From Perna viridis (lineage: Eukaryota): a stretch of 64,000 nt of DNA. Location: NCBI GenBank assembly GCA_037379345.1, contig CM074515.1, positions 15,190,001 to 15,254,000 on the forward strand. Reading direction: 5' to 3'. Under the pieces are notes generated by a model. The model saw only the letters and a list, made by a program, of their open reading frames with translations, made no database searches and was not told the origin of the DNA. Positions within the stretch are counted from its first letter, which is position 1, and every line of letters begins with the position of its first letter. Both the position numbers and the translations under genes were made by a program. Below, piece after piece: positions 39,867 to 53,375 of the stretch.

Positions 39867-41099
39867 TATTAACGAGTATTTAGAAATGGACTTTAATTCA
39901 TGGACAGACTATGTTTAACAGTATATGTTTACTGCATGAACATCTGCACTTCACTGGTATTTAAATGGAATAGGACAATATTTGTTGTCTAGTAGATAGG
40001 TAAGGCAGAGGAATATCTAAAAATTTCTATTTGTTAATTTCTTTTTGGTTTATAAGTTTATTATTAAGAGGGGTAATTTATAGATTGGGTTTTAGTAATT
40101 GAGACTAGAGCATTTACTTTGTGAATAAAAAGCTCTAAAGTTTGGAAATTGAATTAAGATGTGATTCAAACATTTGCATAATTCATGATTACTAAGTTAG
40201 TTTACTTTGCGGAAATACTTTATATAGATATTGCATGTTACGTGCATTGCATGTTATTGAATTTCCCAGGTTTCAGGTTGTTCCTTTTATGTATTATGTT
40301 TGAGAGTTTATTAATTTTACTCAAATTTACTTGCATTTCAATATTATAAATGCAGAACCATGATATGTACTTTCAGAATAAAATTATATTTCCTTGGACG
40401 GCTCAATTTTTAACATTGGCCACACTATGAGACTCAAACCCATCATTTTTCACTGTGACAGTAGCCTATAAATTTATATTTAAAATCAAAATATGCAATC
40501 CAAAAACCAAGAAAAAACTTAAAATAACTAATTACAGTATCTTGATCCGGTAAGCCTAATTATTATTTTTTTAAGTAGACAAATGATTTACCTATCCTAT
40601 CTCATCCCTTTCAGCTGTTGTCCCTTTTTTCAATGATTTAAAATACAAAAAATACCAGTTTTATGTACTGTAAATTTCAATATGCTGTACACATGTTTCA
40701 AGGAGTAACCTCTCATCAGCAGTGTTAAAATCAAATATTTAGGAAGATCATAATCAAAATATTAGTTGTATACAAGGAGTACTCAAAGCAAAAACTTTTG
40801 AAAGAAGAAGCCAAATCCATCACTGAGATGTTCTACCATAAGCACTGCAAGGAATGAAGCCTCATAAGTGTGATACTCAGTTACAGGCTGTGCTTAAACT
40901 CGTATTACAATTTGTTTTTGTCTTGGATGTTATCAACTTTTGTGTTTCCAGGACATCTGTTTGGATTTTTGTAAATTTTTGCAGTGCAATTTTTTGTCCT
41001 TTAATGATTTAAGGCTATGAATTATCTTTAACTTAGACAAGAAAGATTCATATTGACACAATTATTCAATTACTGAAGATATTTTTTTTTTGGTTTTAG

Positions 41100-41227
41100 G
41101 TGCACCTTATCCTATAATTATTGAATCTAGACCAGATGGAACACATCCTTTGAAATTTGATTTGCAGTGGAAGCCTTTTAACAATGGAGGATTTCCAATA
41201 TCTGAAATAAACATAAGATATAGGGAG
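41100..41227 (+). CDS. NCAM: NCAM-like exon, FN3-2 N-half (APYPIIIESRPDGTHPLKFDLQWKPFNNGGFPISEINIRYRE)
   Basis: TTTTAG acceptor, GAG|GTAGGT donor, phase 1-0, W....NGG.PI....I.Y motif. Confidence 0.94.
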
Positions 41228-41748
41228 GTAGGTAATCTTAGAAACCAGTGATAAGATATTGGGAGGCAGGTAGTCTTAGAAACCAATGTTAAGATATTGG
41301 GAGGCAGGCAGTCTTAGAAACTAATGTTAAGATATAGGGAGGTAGGTTGTCTTAGAAACCAATGATAAGGTATAGAGAGGTAGGTAGTCTTAGTAACCAA
41401 TGATAAGACATAGGGAGGTAGTTTCAGAAACCAATGATAAGATATATTGAGGGAGGTAGTCTTAGAAACCAGTGATAAGATATAAGTGGGTAGGTTGTCT
41501 TAGAAACCAATGATAAGACATAGGGATGTAGATAGTTTTAGAAACCATTGATAAGATACATGGAGGGAGGTAGTCTTAGAAACCAGTGATAAGATATAGG
41601 GAGGTAGGTTGTCATAGGAACTAATGATAAGGTATAGGGAGGTTGGTTGTTTTAGAAACCAATGACAAGACATTGGGAAGTAGATAGTTTTAGAAACCAA
41701 TGATAAGATATATGGAGGTAGGTGGTCTTAGAACCAATAATAAGATAC
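41213..41748. repeat. ~38-bp x ~14 minisatellite spanning the exon/intron junction
   Basis: ATAAGATATAGGGAG|GTAGGT..TCTTAGAAACCAATG; the first 15 nt of copy 1 are coding. Confidence 0.95.
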
Positions 41749-41924
41749 AATACACTGATTTGGTGTTAGATTCTTATGATGTCTCAAATACTTAATCAGA
41801 ATCCAAGTTCAGAGCTGCATCAAGTCCATACTTACTCTAACTGTGTGGGGTTTGACCTCTGGGATCGTTTCGTATTGGCTCTAAAAACTTAAGATTCTCT
41901 TGACTACCTTGAATCATTTTACAG

Positions 41925-42135
41925 GTGGAAGTGTTCTCAAATAAGACCGTTGACAATAAATACCAGTTGAAGCAACATCTGTCTGGATGGTACCCAACCC
42001 AAAAAGTGCCACATGACGCCACATCTTATCAGCTGAAAGGCCTGCATCATTCAAAATACTATGAAGTAGAAGTAACAGCTACAAACCAAAAGGGAACATC
42101 AGATCCTGAAGCATTTATTTTCAGAACCAGTTCAA
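41925..42135 (+). CDS. NCAM: NCAM-like exon, FN3-2 C-half (...TSYQLKGLHHSKYYEVEVTATNQKGTSDPEAFIFRTSS)
   Basis: TTTTACAG acceptor, A|GTAGGT donor, phase 0-1, L..L....YEV.V.A.N..G.S motif. Confidence 0.95.
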
Positions 42136-42883
42136 GTAGGTTTCAAGTTTGATATACCCCTCTGATTCACACAAGTTATCAAATTTCTACATACAAAATT
42201 TATGTTCAAAATGTTTTTCAGGCTGAAATACAACATGAAATATGTTGTGCCACTTCATAACAATCCTTTAAAGTGAAACTTGTCTAATTGGTAATTTAAA
42301 AAGAAATCTTTCAGATGGTAGTTGTAAAAGAATGTTAAATGTTTTAATATTTTCTTAACAGTTTAATACTATTGTTTTTGCCTAGCCAATTGTGATCTTC
42401 TCAATTGATATTTTATATGAAAATTATAAAAAAAATTCAGTGATTTCATAATCATTGAAGGTTAGTTATTAGTAGAGTTTATGTGTCAGGTTCAAGGACA
42501 CAAATAAATGAGAAAAAAAAATCAAAAAAGGAGTTAAAAAATTTTAAGGTCAGTACTTAACAAAATTGAGTAAATTTTGTTCATTATATAACTAATAGGC
42601 AATTAAATGGACCGTCACATCAACATTTAATTAGAACTTTTCCTTATGAATGTAAACAAGCTTTTACTGTTCATAGATATTATTGGTTGATTTTCTACAT
42701 TTTAATGATTAATGATAAAGTAATGCATATATAAGTTGTTTGTTACTGGAGATATGCCCAATGATTAACATATGTAGCTACAGATGTGAACACATGCCGA
42801 ATGATAATCCTATGTAGCTATGATTGTGAAAACATGCCCAATGATAAATATATGTAGATACAATTGGCCATTATTTATTACAG

Positions 42884-42904
42884 CTGCGTATATTGCAGGG
42901 CCTG
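42884..42904 (+). CDS. NCAM: Candidate 21-nt microexon (TAYIAGP)
   Basis: TTATTTATTACAG|CTGCGTATATTGCAGGGCCTG|GTAAGG; frame-preserving, phase 1-1. Confidence 0.65.
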
Positions 42905-44938
42905 GTAAGGAAAACAAGAAATCGTGTGAATCTTCAGATGTCTTGCATGTATTAGATGGTGATTAATGGGACCTGTTAAAGGGATTCAGTTTTTAATCCC
43001 TGCCATAAGGTGTATGGGACATTTATTGTCTGGAAGTTCTTGGTTCTTAGTTCAGAATAATGTTGAAAATTACAGATAAACAGATAATGCTAAGTCTTCT
43101 TTGACTGGTCCCTCCAGAACACCCTCATATACTGCATATTTATGTGTTACTCAAACTACTTTTTTGTGTTTAGCCTCAAGTTTTTACACTACTAAATAGG
43201 TTTGATTTTCTTGGAAAATGTTAGAGTTTTGGTAGTTGTGGAGAAGTTGTTGGGGGTTAGGAGAATTTGTAGGTCAAATATTTCTGGTCATTTTTCATTT
43301 ATTTTCTTGGATGATGTATACCCTGCATTTCTTCATTTGTTACAAGTCTTCTTTGGTTCCCCAATGGACCATAGGTTTAAGTATCCTCTAATAATTCCTT
43401 GGAGAGTTGTAAAAACTTAATATTAGATAAGATTATTGAGCTATTGTGTATAATTGAACCTTGTTCTGTTATTTTGCTAAGTACTTTCTAATGAGGTACT
43501 TTTTTTTATGTCAATGGGTTATTCCCCTTTGCTTGTAATTCATTGTTATTTTCACATACAAAAATCGGTTAACTGCACAGGCAGGTGTAATTGTTTCTTT
43601 TAATTCGGAAATGATATATGCATTATTGCAATTTAATTTTTGTGATTTTTACAAAGGAATCCCCATCAATGTATATTTTAAATATTGTCACATTTTTGGC
43701 AGTATTAAAAAAACAGCAATGGTTTCTGAAGTAACAGTATACTGTATTTTAAACAAAAATATGATTTTAATTTTTGTGATTTTTATAAAGGAATGCAACA
43801 CTTTGATAATTGTTGTCACATTTTTTGGTAATGATAAAAATATGGCAATAATTTCTGAATTAACAGTATATTTTGTGATCAGACATGTATATCTGATATA
43901 TATAATATAAATTGTTTATCAAAATCAGAAGATTACAGCAGAAGATTAGAGAAAGAAGAGAATAGCTACAACCTAAAAAAAAATGAGAACTTAACACTCT
44001 ACTGGTGTTGCTCCATGACCTAGTAATGACATGTACAACGTATCAGTAATTAATAGTTTTTATTTTACTAAGTGAACAGAATCATCTCATATTTTTGCAT
44101 AATACTCCATTTTTTTCAGACCAAAATTTCGGATATATAAATGTAACTGTAGATAATTAAAGTAGCAAGAAGGATACAGTATAAGAAAAAAAAACTTTAA
44201 TTTCATTATATGATAACTAGAAGTGAGCACTTTGTCATCATGTTTTACTTATATGTTTAGTATAGCGAATGTTGTTTTATATATGAAACAAGTTAGTTGA
44301 ATATGGAATTATTTTTGCTTTTTTGATGTGAGTAGAGAGAAATAAGGAAAATTTACTTCTATCAACATACAAGACCAACATTTTTTTGCTAAAATTGGTT
44401 ATTCTATTATAGATGTGCATAATATATCAGTACACCATTTTACTCTAATTTAGGCTAAAGTCACAAAAATGGGGCTTACGATATTGTTTAGTTACTAGTA
44501 TTGAGTTCTTTTCTTCTCTGATGTTAGTCTGAAACATTTGTACAACTCAGTGTTTTAAAATCAAACTTAATTCCATTTTCACACAGTACCTTGTTACATG
44601 TCATTGCTTCCTTGAACAGAGTATGATCAGAGAGAATTTGTTAAAAAAAAATAGTTCATTTTATTGCTCTAGTTAGTCCTCATGGCATTTTATGATTACT
44701 TATATTTAAAATAAATATTTTCATGCACAGGTACTGCTTGGTATTCCATGCCTTTTGAGGTCTTTTCTCCTTTAAAAAGAGTTACAAATTGAATGACAGT
44801 AGTATTGATGTAAAAATGAGTTGCAGTAATGCAGATTCAGTCTCTCTGATTGTCCTTTGTTTTCTGTTGTCTGCAATGTGATAACTTTTATTTTGTTGCT
44901 TCAGTGACTCACTTTTTTATTTTTTCTGCTTTTTTCAG

Positions 44939-45042
44939 TTCAATCATCTGGTTACGTGGATTTTGCACAAGCCTTGCTCCCGTCTAAACTTGTAGTCACC
45001 ATGGCAACTGTTCTGTCGGCATGCTTAGGAATACTATTGTAA
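44939..45042 (+). CDS. NCAM: Alternative terminal exon encoding a GPI-anchor signal (QSSGYVDFAQALLPSKLVVTMATVLSACLGILL*)
   Basis: Very strong pyrimidine tract plus CAG, phase 1; small residues SSG, spacer, hydrophobic tail and stop; AATAAA at about 45139. Confidence 0.82.
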
Positions 45043-48000
45043 CCTTCAGCACAGATGGGTTCTGCAAGTCTCTTTTTCTTCCTCTCAACTGAAGAATTCC
45101 ACAAAGACAGTGCCATACTATTGAATGTACCTTTAAATAATAAAAAAAAATACTATGCATGAAACATGCTATGGACACCAGCCATCTTGTTAAGAGCATG
45201 ATCAAAAACATATTTATGTTGTATGCATTCAATTTATACTCATTACCAAAACATTGTAATAGCTTCTGTAGTTACCGTAACACACTGTTAGTGAGTGAAT
45301 ATATATATTCTAAAATAACTGTAGATATTAATATAATGGATCACTGTTGCTATTATCAAAGTACATTTGTACTATCAAGGCTAGAAGAGGAATTATTTTT
45401 GTGAAAAGTTCTGTTTTTGATATGAGTGCAATTCAAATAACTACTACTCTAAACTGCTCATTGAGTTTTTTTTGTTGTAACTGACTCATGTATAGTGTGT
45501 TCTGAATGTTATAGATATGCTAATATTCATGTTATGCTATGGTTCATTCACACATTGGTTCAAATCAGGTTTAATGTACACATGATTGAAAAAGGCTTGG
45601 GACCATTGCTAAACTGTTTCTTATAGTTTCATATATTTGGGAAGAAAGTTATTTTAGGATTGAATGAGCCAATGTGTGATTTGTGCATTTGTTACTGTAT
45701 ATGGGCATTTTTGACAAGTTCCATTTCTTATATCAATGTACAGTTCTGTTGAAGGTCTTAATCATGATGACAACTAAAAAAAAACCAGAAATCTTTTGAT
45801 TGTAGGGCATATAACATTGTATATTGTTGTCATATTGCTGTTGGTAGGCTACAGTAAAACTTGTCCAGATCAAACTCCCTATGTTCATATCAAAATTACA
45901 TCATGGGCAAATTGCTTAAACAATGGTATGAATGAAGTTCCTTGCCTGCCGAATTCAATGCTTGCCAAGGACAGGTTTTACTGTATTATATAAGCGAGAA
46001 CAATTTTGCCTATAAAATACTCTGTTGGTTTGTTGCCAATTATCAGGATAGTTTTGTCATTCATTCATAAAGTATGTATACTTATTCAACTCTATATTTT
46101 CACAGATTTGTTTGATTGGTAATTGTTCTCTTTATGAAATGAAATATCTGCCATAGAATGTCAAAACATGATCAATTCATATTTTATGATAAAGTTATAC
46201 AGTTAAGTGTCAGTCTTTGTAAAAATCAGGTAGTGGATGAAACATGGTATGAAAAAAAAACATCATTTTGATAATGTAATTTGACTATTTGCACCATCAG
46301 AATCAAGGAATAAAGACAATATTTTAGATATCATTTTTGTGCATTGAGTTATGATTTCATTGACATGCATTGAAAATGAACATTTCAAGGATAGATAACT
46401 ATCAAAAACCTTATTTTTCTAACATTATATTGAAAAATTTCTGAGCCTAGCAAGTGATGCAGAGATCAAATAATGGTCTTTTCAAATAGAGTGATATTAC
46501 ATTGTCAGATTGGTGGCGTTTTGACATGGATATTTTTGATTTTTTGCCTGATTCTTACAAACACTTACATTGTGCAGTGAAGAAATATCAAATTATAAGT
46601 ATACAAATGAGAAATAAAACATAATTCTTTGTATTGATAACTAGAATTACTGAGAATGGAGAAGTTATTGCATCCATACTGTTATTATGTCTTTTAATGG
46701 AAGAATAAATTGATCTAAATTTTGCTGTACTGAGAAAAAAATCAGGTTTTATATTAAAATTCCAAAATGTGAGTTAAAGTATTGTATTGTATATAACTCT
46801 GTTGCCATTTTGGCAAAAAGAAAATTAGGCAATGATTATCTGATGTGACAGTTCTGTAATACATGATCTTTGGCAACTAACTGATTAAGTAACCTGATTT
46901 AAAAACTTATTCCAGGAAAAAGTGTATAGGTGGGTTAGACATCACTATTTTTTTAAATTGTATGGATGGGGGTATTTGAAAGCATACATAGTTAAACATA
47001 GTTTTGAAAATTTGATTTTAATTCTATGTGTAGTGGGTAATGTGCCGTCCAACCCTCCAATACACTTCCCAGAATATACCCTTATAACGATATCATTTAA
47101 GATGTCTGTTAAGATCGTAGATTTTGTAAGAATATTTAATAGATAAATATCGTGAATCTCACATAATTCAGCAACAAAATGTATTTGGTTGGTGAAAATG
47201 AGTTGAGGTTAAGTGGCTGTATGGAAACTTCATTGTGTGTATTTAAATTTGTTGCCATGGTTGGCATATGGATGTGCATCATATTAAGTGCAATATTTTG
47301 TATCTATTTTGTATATATATATATATATGTCTTGTAATTAATGTAGATTTTGTTTATTGGTGAGTACTACAGTATATGTTAATTGAGGGTGAAGTTATAG
47401 AGTTGTACTTTATAATCTGTAAATATTTTTCTTTACTATGTAGATATGTCAAATAACAATATCTTAGAGAATTATTGCATTAACAGTTGGGAGGATTGTT
47501 TTGCATAGGAAATCTACAAAGAATTTGATGTTTTATGAGGAAATGATATTTGTCTCTGGTAAAATATATTTTACAGCACAGAATTGATGTCAGTCAGTTT
47601 TCACATAGTATAGTATTCTATTAATTTATTGCCACTCTATTTGTAGCTCCATTTTATGTAGATTTTCTGGTTTCTTTCTATACAGGAAAATTTACTACTT
47701 TATTTCATAGGGTCTATATTTGTAGGGACATTAAGGTTAATCCTTCTAAATTTGGTCTCTACTTAAAGTTATGATGCTTTACAGTATCTAATACATATTG
47801 CAATATCTTCAAGACCTTTCATTTTGTTCTCTGATATCAATTGATTTTCATTAAATTTCAATGTGACCTTATGTATAAGAAGATGCACATGAAATGATGG
47901 CCTTGTCATACTAGTATCATTGAAAAGATTGAACAAGCAAAACTATTATTCAAATTATTACATGAATAGATTTTTGTCTAGTTACTGATTGGCATTTAAA

Positions 48001-49401
48001 TTACTTTCAGTTCGTGTCAAATCATTAAAAGAAGTTCAAATTTACTAAGATTCACTGAATAGTGAATAGTTTTAAACCTATAAATAGAAAGTTAGAAGAG
48101 TTCACATGCTTGAATAAAATTGTCTTGATTCGTGTCATAAACAAATAATGATTTTGATATAAGAAAATTTAATTTAATTTAGAAGTAACACCCTTTCTGA
48201 TTGGATTAAATATTTTGTCCATCATCTCATGGGCAAAATTTTGTAATGTGACTGCAACATCATCAGCCTTTTTTAATGGTTTTCTTGTTGACTTTTGATA
48301 CTAAAATTAAATTATAAGAACTGACTGTTATATTTTTCCGGTCTATTTTAAATAACCTCAATGCCCATAGTTCACACCTAAAAATAAACTGCTACACAAG
48401 TTGTCTAGTGAGCACCACATGATTGAGATTATTTCTTCATAGACCAAAACAATTCTTATTTTGACCCTAAAAATGTTGTATTCATCTCTCTCTTTTGGCC
48501 AAGTCATTTGCATTAAAAAAAGCAGCTTATGTCAATGTCATTAATTGTATATTAATCTTAAAGAAATGACATTTTTGTCACTTGGTATAGTATCAATATT
48601 CGTAATTTCACTGTTTTTCACTTTTTCATTTATAGCCATGTTAGATTCTATATTTCTCCTTTCCAAAATGTCTACTTACCTACTTTTTATGGTACACTTA
48701 AACAAACATAAGAAAAGCTTCCTGTAAACTTTTAAATAGAGAAAACAAAAAACATACACTGAAATATGCACACACATGTTTCTCAGGTAAATTGGATGCA
48801 AGCTCATAGAATCCTTAAGCTTTTATGGCATTGTGCCAACTGTAGCTTAATAATGATGATACATGTCAAAGTTACCAAGTATTAATTTTCCTTCAGAAAG
48901 AAATGAAGAAGGCTTATGAAAAATGATATATCTATTATGTGACCTGTTAATTTGTTGCTGAAATAATTTTTTAATTTATTTTTGATTTTTTGATGATGTG
49001 AAATGTTTGTCGTTAAGGTCAAAAAGCCTAATTTACCCAGTATAATTGTTTTGTTTGTAGTGAGTTTAGATTGAGCTGTAGTATTGTATAGTGCTTACTA
49101 AGTCATTCCTTGCTGAGTCTGGTATCAGCATAACATTCCTTTATAGTTCAGGTGTTTAAAAAGTAAGGAAAGATTTGGTCTATCATTTAAATCTTTATTA
49201 GTGAAGTAATTATCTTAAGTTGTGTAAGTTGAACAGTATTTTACATAATTTGAGATGCACATTTTCCCTTAATTCTGTATTTCAGTACATATATTCATTT
49301 AAACATTCTTTTAAATACATATTGTTGCTTCTTAACTTTACATGTTCTTTTTTGGAGTTCATGTATAACTTTTCCATGTTTGTCAGAAAAGTTCTAGTGT
49401 C

Positions 49402-49567
49402 AAAGAGTAATCAAGGGAACCAAGGTTATAGTGGTAATCAAAAGAATGTAATCGAGGCACAAAGACCAGACATGGAAAACAGACATACACAACAAAGAAC
49501 ATAAAGTAACTAAAATCATATATACAAAGTAACAAAAGTAAATGAGCAACTCGGACTCCACTAAAAA
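49402..49567 (-). mobile_element. 3' tail fragment of the Penelope-like element seen at 57442-59548
   Basis: Near-identical to 57442-57606. Confidence 0.9.
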
Positions 49568-52500
49568 CTCCACTAAAACCAATAAAACACAATATTTAAA
49601 AGTTTATATTGATATTAATACTTTGACTTCTCGATTGTTATAATTTTATCTTCAACATAAGATTTGTTAACTTACTGGATTTTTTATGTAAATTCTTCTT
49701 GTATGACACTTTCATTTAACATTTCATATGACTATGAAGGGTATTAGCAGAATTACCAAATTGATAAAATCTAGGCAGTAGTCAAAAAGAATAGTCTAAC
49801 AATGGCAATATCAAGGCCAAAACCAGAAAGTTCAAAAACCACAGCAAAGGACTTGGTGCAGGCATTTCAAAATAAAAGGTCGGTCAAACCAGGTCTTATA
49901 GCATGCTAAACTTCCATTAAAATTCTCGTAAAATTGTTATTAAAAACCCTGTATTTAAGTTGAGGGATGATTGAAATTTTTTGGTATCTTTTTACAAATT
50001 TGATAGTTTTCATAAACAATTAGTCCAATTTTAAAGACCCTTAGCATCATAACATCACATTTGCATTGTCTATCATCTAAGATCAATCATGAGTCCAGTC
50101 TTATGTGTGACCAAGAGTGTTATACTTGAACAAATAAAAAGATGCATTGAAAATTATTACATATAAGTAGCTCCAACAAGTAATGTGGGAATGCATAGTT
50201 CTTCAATAATTTTGTTACATTCATTAATTACTAGAACAAGTTGTATGCAGCTCATGGTGGTTGTTTTATTTCTTTCTTTACAAATATATTATATATAATT
50301 AGTTATTATTTTTTATGACCAAATCAAAAAGCAGTTTGCTTTTGAATTTTATAGTCCCTTTACAGTAGTCATAATTTTATGTGATTTTATGAACGTTTGT
50401 ATAAACAGTAGTCATTATTTTATATGATTTTATGGATGTTTGTATAAACATTAGTATACGTATCATTTGTGTTTGTTTATGCTTTTCTTGTATCATTGTA
50501 TACTATGTCATATATATATGATGACAACGTTGTCTGATCTGATGTATATGTATTTCATATACAGATCCATTTCTTTCATAAAATGCTATAGGAAGCTGTT
50601 GCCAATGATATTATTAGTTAGTAACCCAGTGTGCTGATAACATGTGTAGATGTTGAATGGCTTTTGTACATAACTGCAGATAAAACAGGGATTTAGAAAT
50701 GTATTGTAGGATTTTGATCACAAAAACTTTGAGGTCATATATTGGTATGGCTCTGTTGTTGTCTGTAGACACTTTGTTTTGATGCAATGATTTTGGTGTT
50801 AGTTTATGGATCATTTTACAGCAATGTTCCTAACCACAAAATAAGTAATTTTTGGATGACGGCATTCCATAAGTGTTTGGCTAAGTTTAGGTTTGGTGTC
50901 TTAACTAGCTCTTGAATCAGTCTTGGACATCTGCAGATGTATCAAGCTGCGCTCATGGAACATTTTATTCTGTGATTCAGTAATACCTCCTTACTAATTG
51001 TTTTAAAAAGTGGGTCACAAGTGCTGGCAATCAGTGTCATCTTATCTGATGATGCCACAATATGTCAGAATTTAGCAAACCATACTTTAAATTTTTTTGT
51101 ATCTAATTTGCAAATAACATGCAATATGGTTCAGGGTTTTTTTTCTCAGGCTGATGTTAGAAAGGTTATACAAAGCTCAAATTATATCAGTTTATTTATC
51201 TATCTATCTGTCGATCTATGTACAGTTAATGCCTAATGTGATGAACTTTTATTTATTAGACTTAACTAGTAATAACATCAGAATCTGACTTGTTTCCGGT
51301 ATTAGATCTGTTGAAATTATTACAATTTGGGAATGCCATTGTTTTTGTACAATTCTTGTATCTTATATGTCATCAGTGATTTTCAATTTGAAGACTTAAA
51401 CAAAGAAGAGATTTGTCAATAATTGTAAGTGTCTTTACTGGTTAATCTGAAATAACGTGGCAGATAAGTATACGAGTTACAGTATTGATGCTGGCAGATA
51501 ACTGCTGTTTCCTACATACATTGTTACTGCTTATTGTTGGTGTGAGTAAATATAACTTGATTTGTGTAGTAATTATAGTGATAGTCATTTTATGTCATGA
51601 TTCTTTTTTTTTAACTTCAGTATTTTACACTTGTCTTGAAAATAAAAGCCGACAAAATACTAAGCTTTTGAATTCTTAGACAACCGCTATTTGTTTGTGT
51701 ACTTATGACGTATTGTTCTGTCATTGTCATCTTCTTCATCATCTGTAGACCCATGAGTTTTGTGTGATAACTTCAAAAGTAGTAATGGGTTTTGTTTCAC
51801 CTCAAGGCTTTAAATCGTAAAAGGAAGGTTTGCATTGATTTAAGGGGTGAGGGGCCATAAACATACAAACATTTCACAAGTCAAGTGTGAGTGTAAGAAT
51901 GCAATGGTAACAGTGTTCTATAACACTAATGTCTAAACTGATTGTTTAGATTATTTAGTAATAGAATTAGAGTCTGATAAGGGATAAAACAATAATTTAC
52001 TGGTTTCCAATCATAGCATGAGTAAACGTTTATTTGTACCTCAATCAGTAATACAACAAAGGAATTGTTTTTATTTGATTGTTTTGTATTAAAACCATCA
52101 CTGCATAGAAATAGGGATTACGAGGGACTAAAACAAGAATTCAATTTTTAGTTCAATTATATGTGTATGAATCTCTGAAATTGTACCACAGGATTTCATA
52201 TCTTTAAAGTCGGATTTCATTGAATTATTTTATTGATGGTTACTTTCCATGAAGGAATGGGGTACCAAAATGGCAAAACAACACGTATCTGTTTTTTGTT
52301 GGTTTATTTGTTTTTGTTTTTTTTTAAATTAGAGAAAGTGTATGAACTTAAACTGTACTTACAAGTAGGTTCCTTTCTAGAAAAAGAATGTTGCGACATG
52401 TTAAAAGAGCTATGGATCATTTCCTCTGCTTCCATATCAAGTTACACTCTGCAAAGATTTTTGAAGACTTCAATCTTTTCAGTAATTCTATTTCACATGT

Positions 52501-53309
52501 CGCAGCAACAATAGCAAGTAATAGTGACTTAAAAAAGAAACTTTTAACGAACTTTACAATCAATTTGAATGTGTAGCATGAAGCTGACATTTTACATAAA
52601 ACATCACAAAATGACCTTTATTACACAGAATTGTGTTTACCAATTTTACATGTCTGTTGCTGTGGAGTTATGTATAGTATTACAGTCTATCTTAATTATT
52701 CATAATGATACAAACAAGTGATAAATTTGTGATTGTATGAAATGTTCAACTAGACTTGCCTCTGCAGTTAACACTTTTAACTAGACTTGCCCTTGTAGAT
52801 AACATTCCCCACCAACCTTCTTGTCATTCCTTAACAACTTTTGAAGTGACTCCTGGATAAACATTTATTCGGTTAATTTTGCCAGTGCCAATCGTGTCTC
52901 TGGTAATTACTATTTACAAAATAGTACATTAAATAATTCATTTCACATTTCTGTTTTTAATATCGCTGAAAGCAAAACGTTTGTTCAGTTCTTGAGGAGT
53001 GTGGGCATTGGATTGTGTGAGAAGGATTTCAGTGGTTTTCTCTTTTTTTTTGACAACTATGTCATTCTGTTCACATTAGTAACTTTAGTCTACTTTGTTG
53101 TCAAGACTCCATCGAAGAGACACTTTTACCTTTCATTGTCATGGTAGAAATCTATCTTCTGGTTATTAGAGGTTATAGTTCTCTACGTATTTGAATTTTG
53201 ATATGTTGCTTTTTATTTTGGCATTTTAACAATATTAACTGCATTTTATGGCCTTTAACGCCCTATTAGACACAGCTAGTATTATATTTTACTTGTTACT
53301 CTTTCACAG

Positions 53310-53375
53310 AGAATACTGAAGAACCTACAACACCTGGGAAACCACCTAGCAAAAAATCTCAAGGCTCTGATTCTG
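53310..53375 (+). CDS. NCAM: 66-nt Pro/Thr/Ser-rich stalk exon (NTEEPTTPGKPPSKKSQGSDS)
   Basis: CTTTCACAG acceptor, CTG|GTACTT donor, phase 1-1, purine/C-rich coding-like island. Confidence 0.75.

Noticed and set aside
39607-39918. 103-aa ORF
   Set aside because: It spans the N gap and is an artefact.
17542-42135. Dscam-style mutually exclusive Ig exon clusters
   Set aside because: Only one version of each half-domain exon was found, and the junction repeats copy just ~15 coding nt.
51485-51679. Hydrophobic ORF as a possible second TM or GPI exon
   Set aside because: There is no good in-phase acceptor or family motif, and T-rich DNA explains the hydrophobicity.
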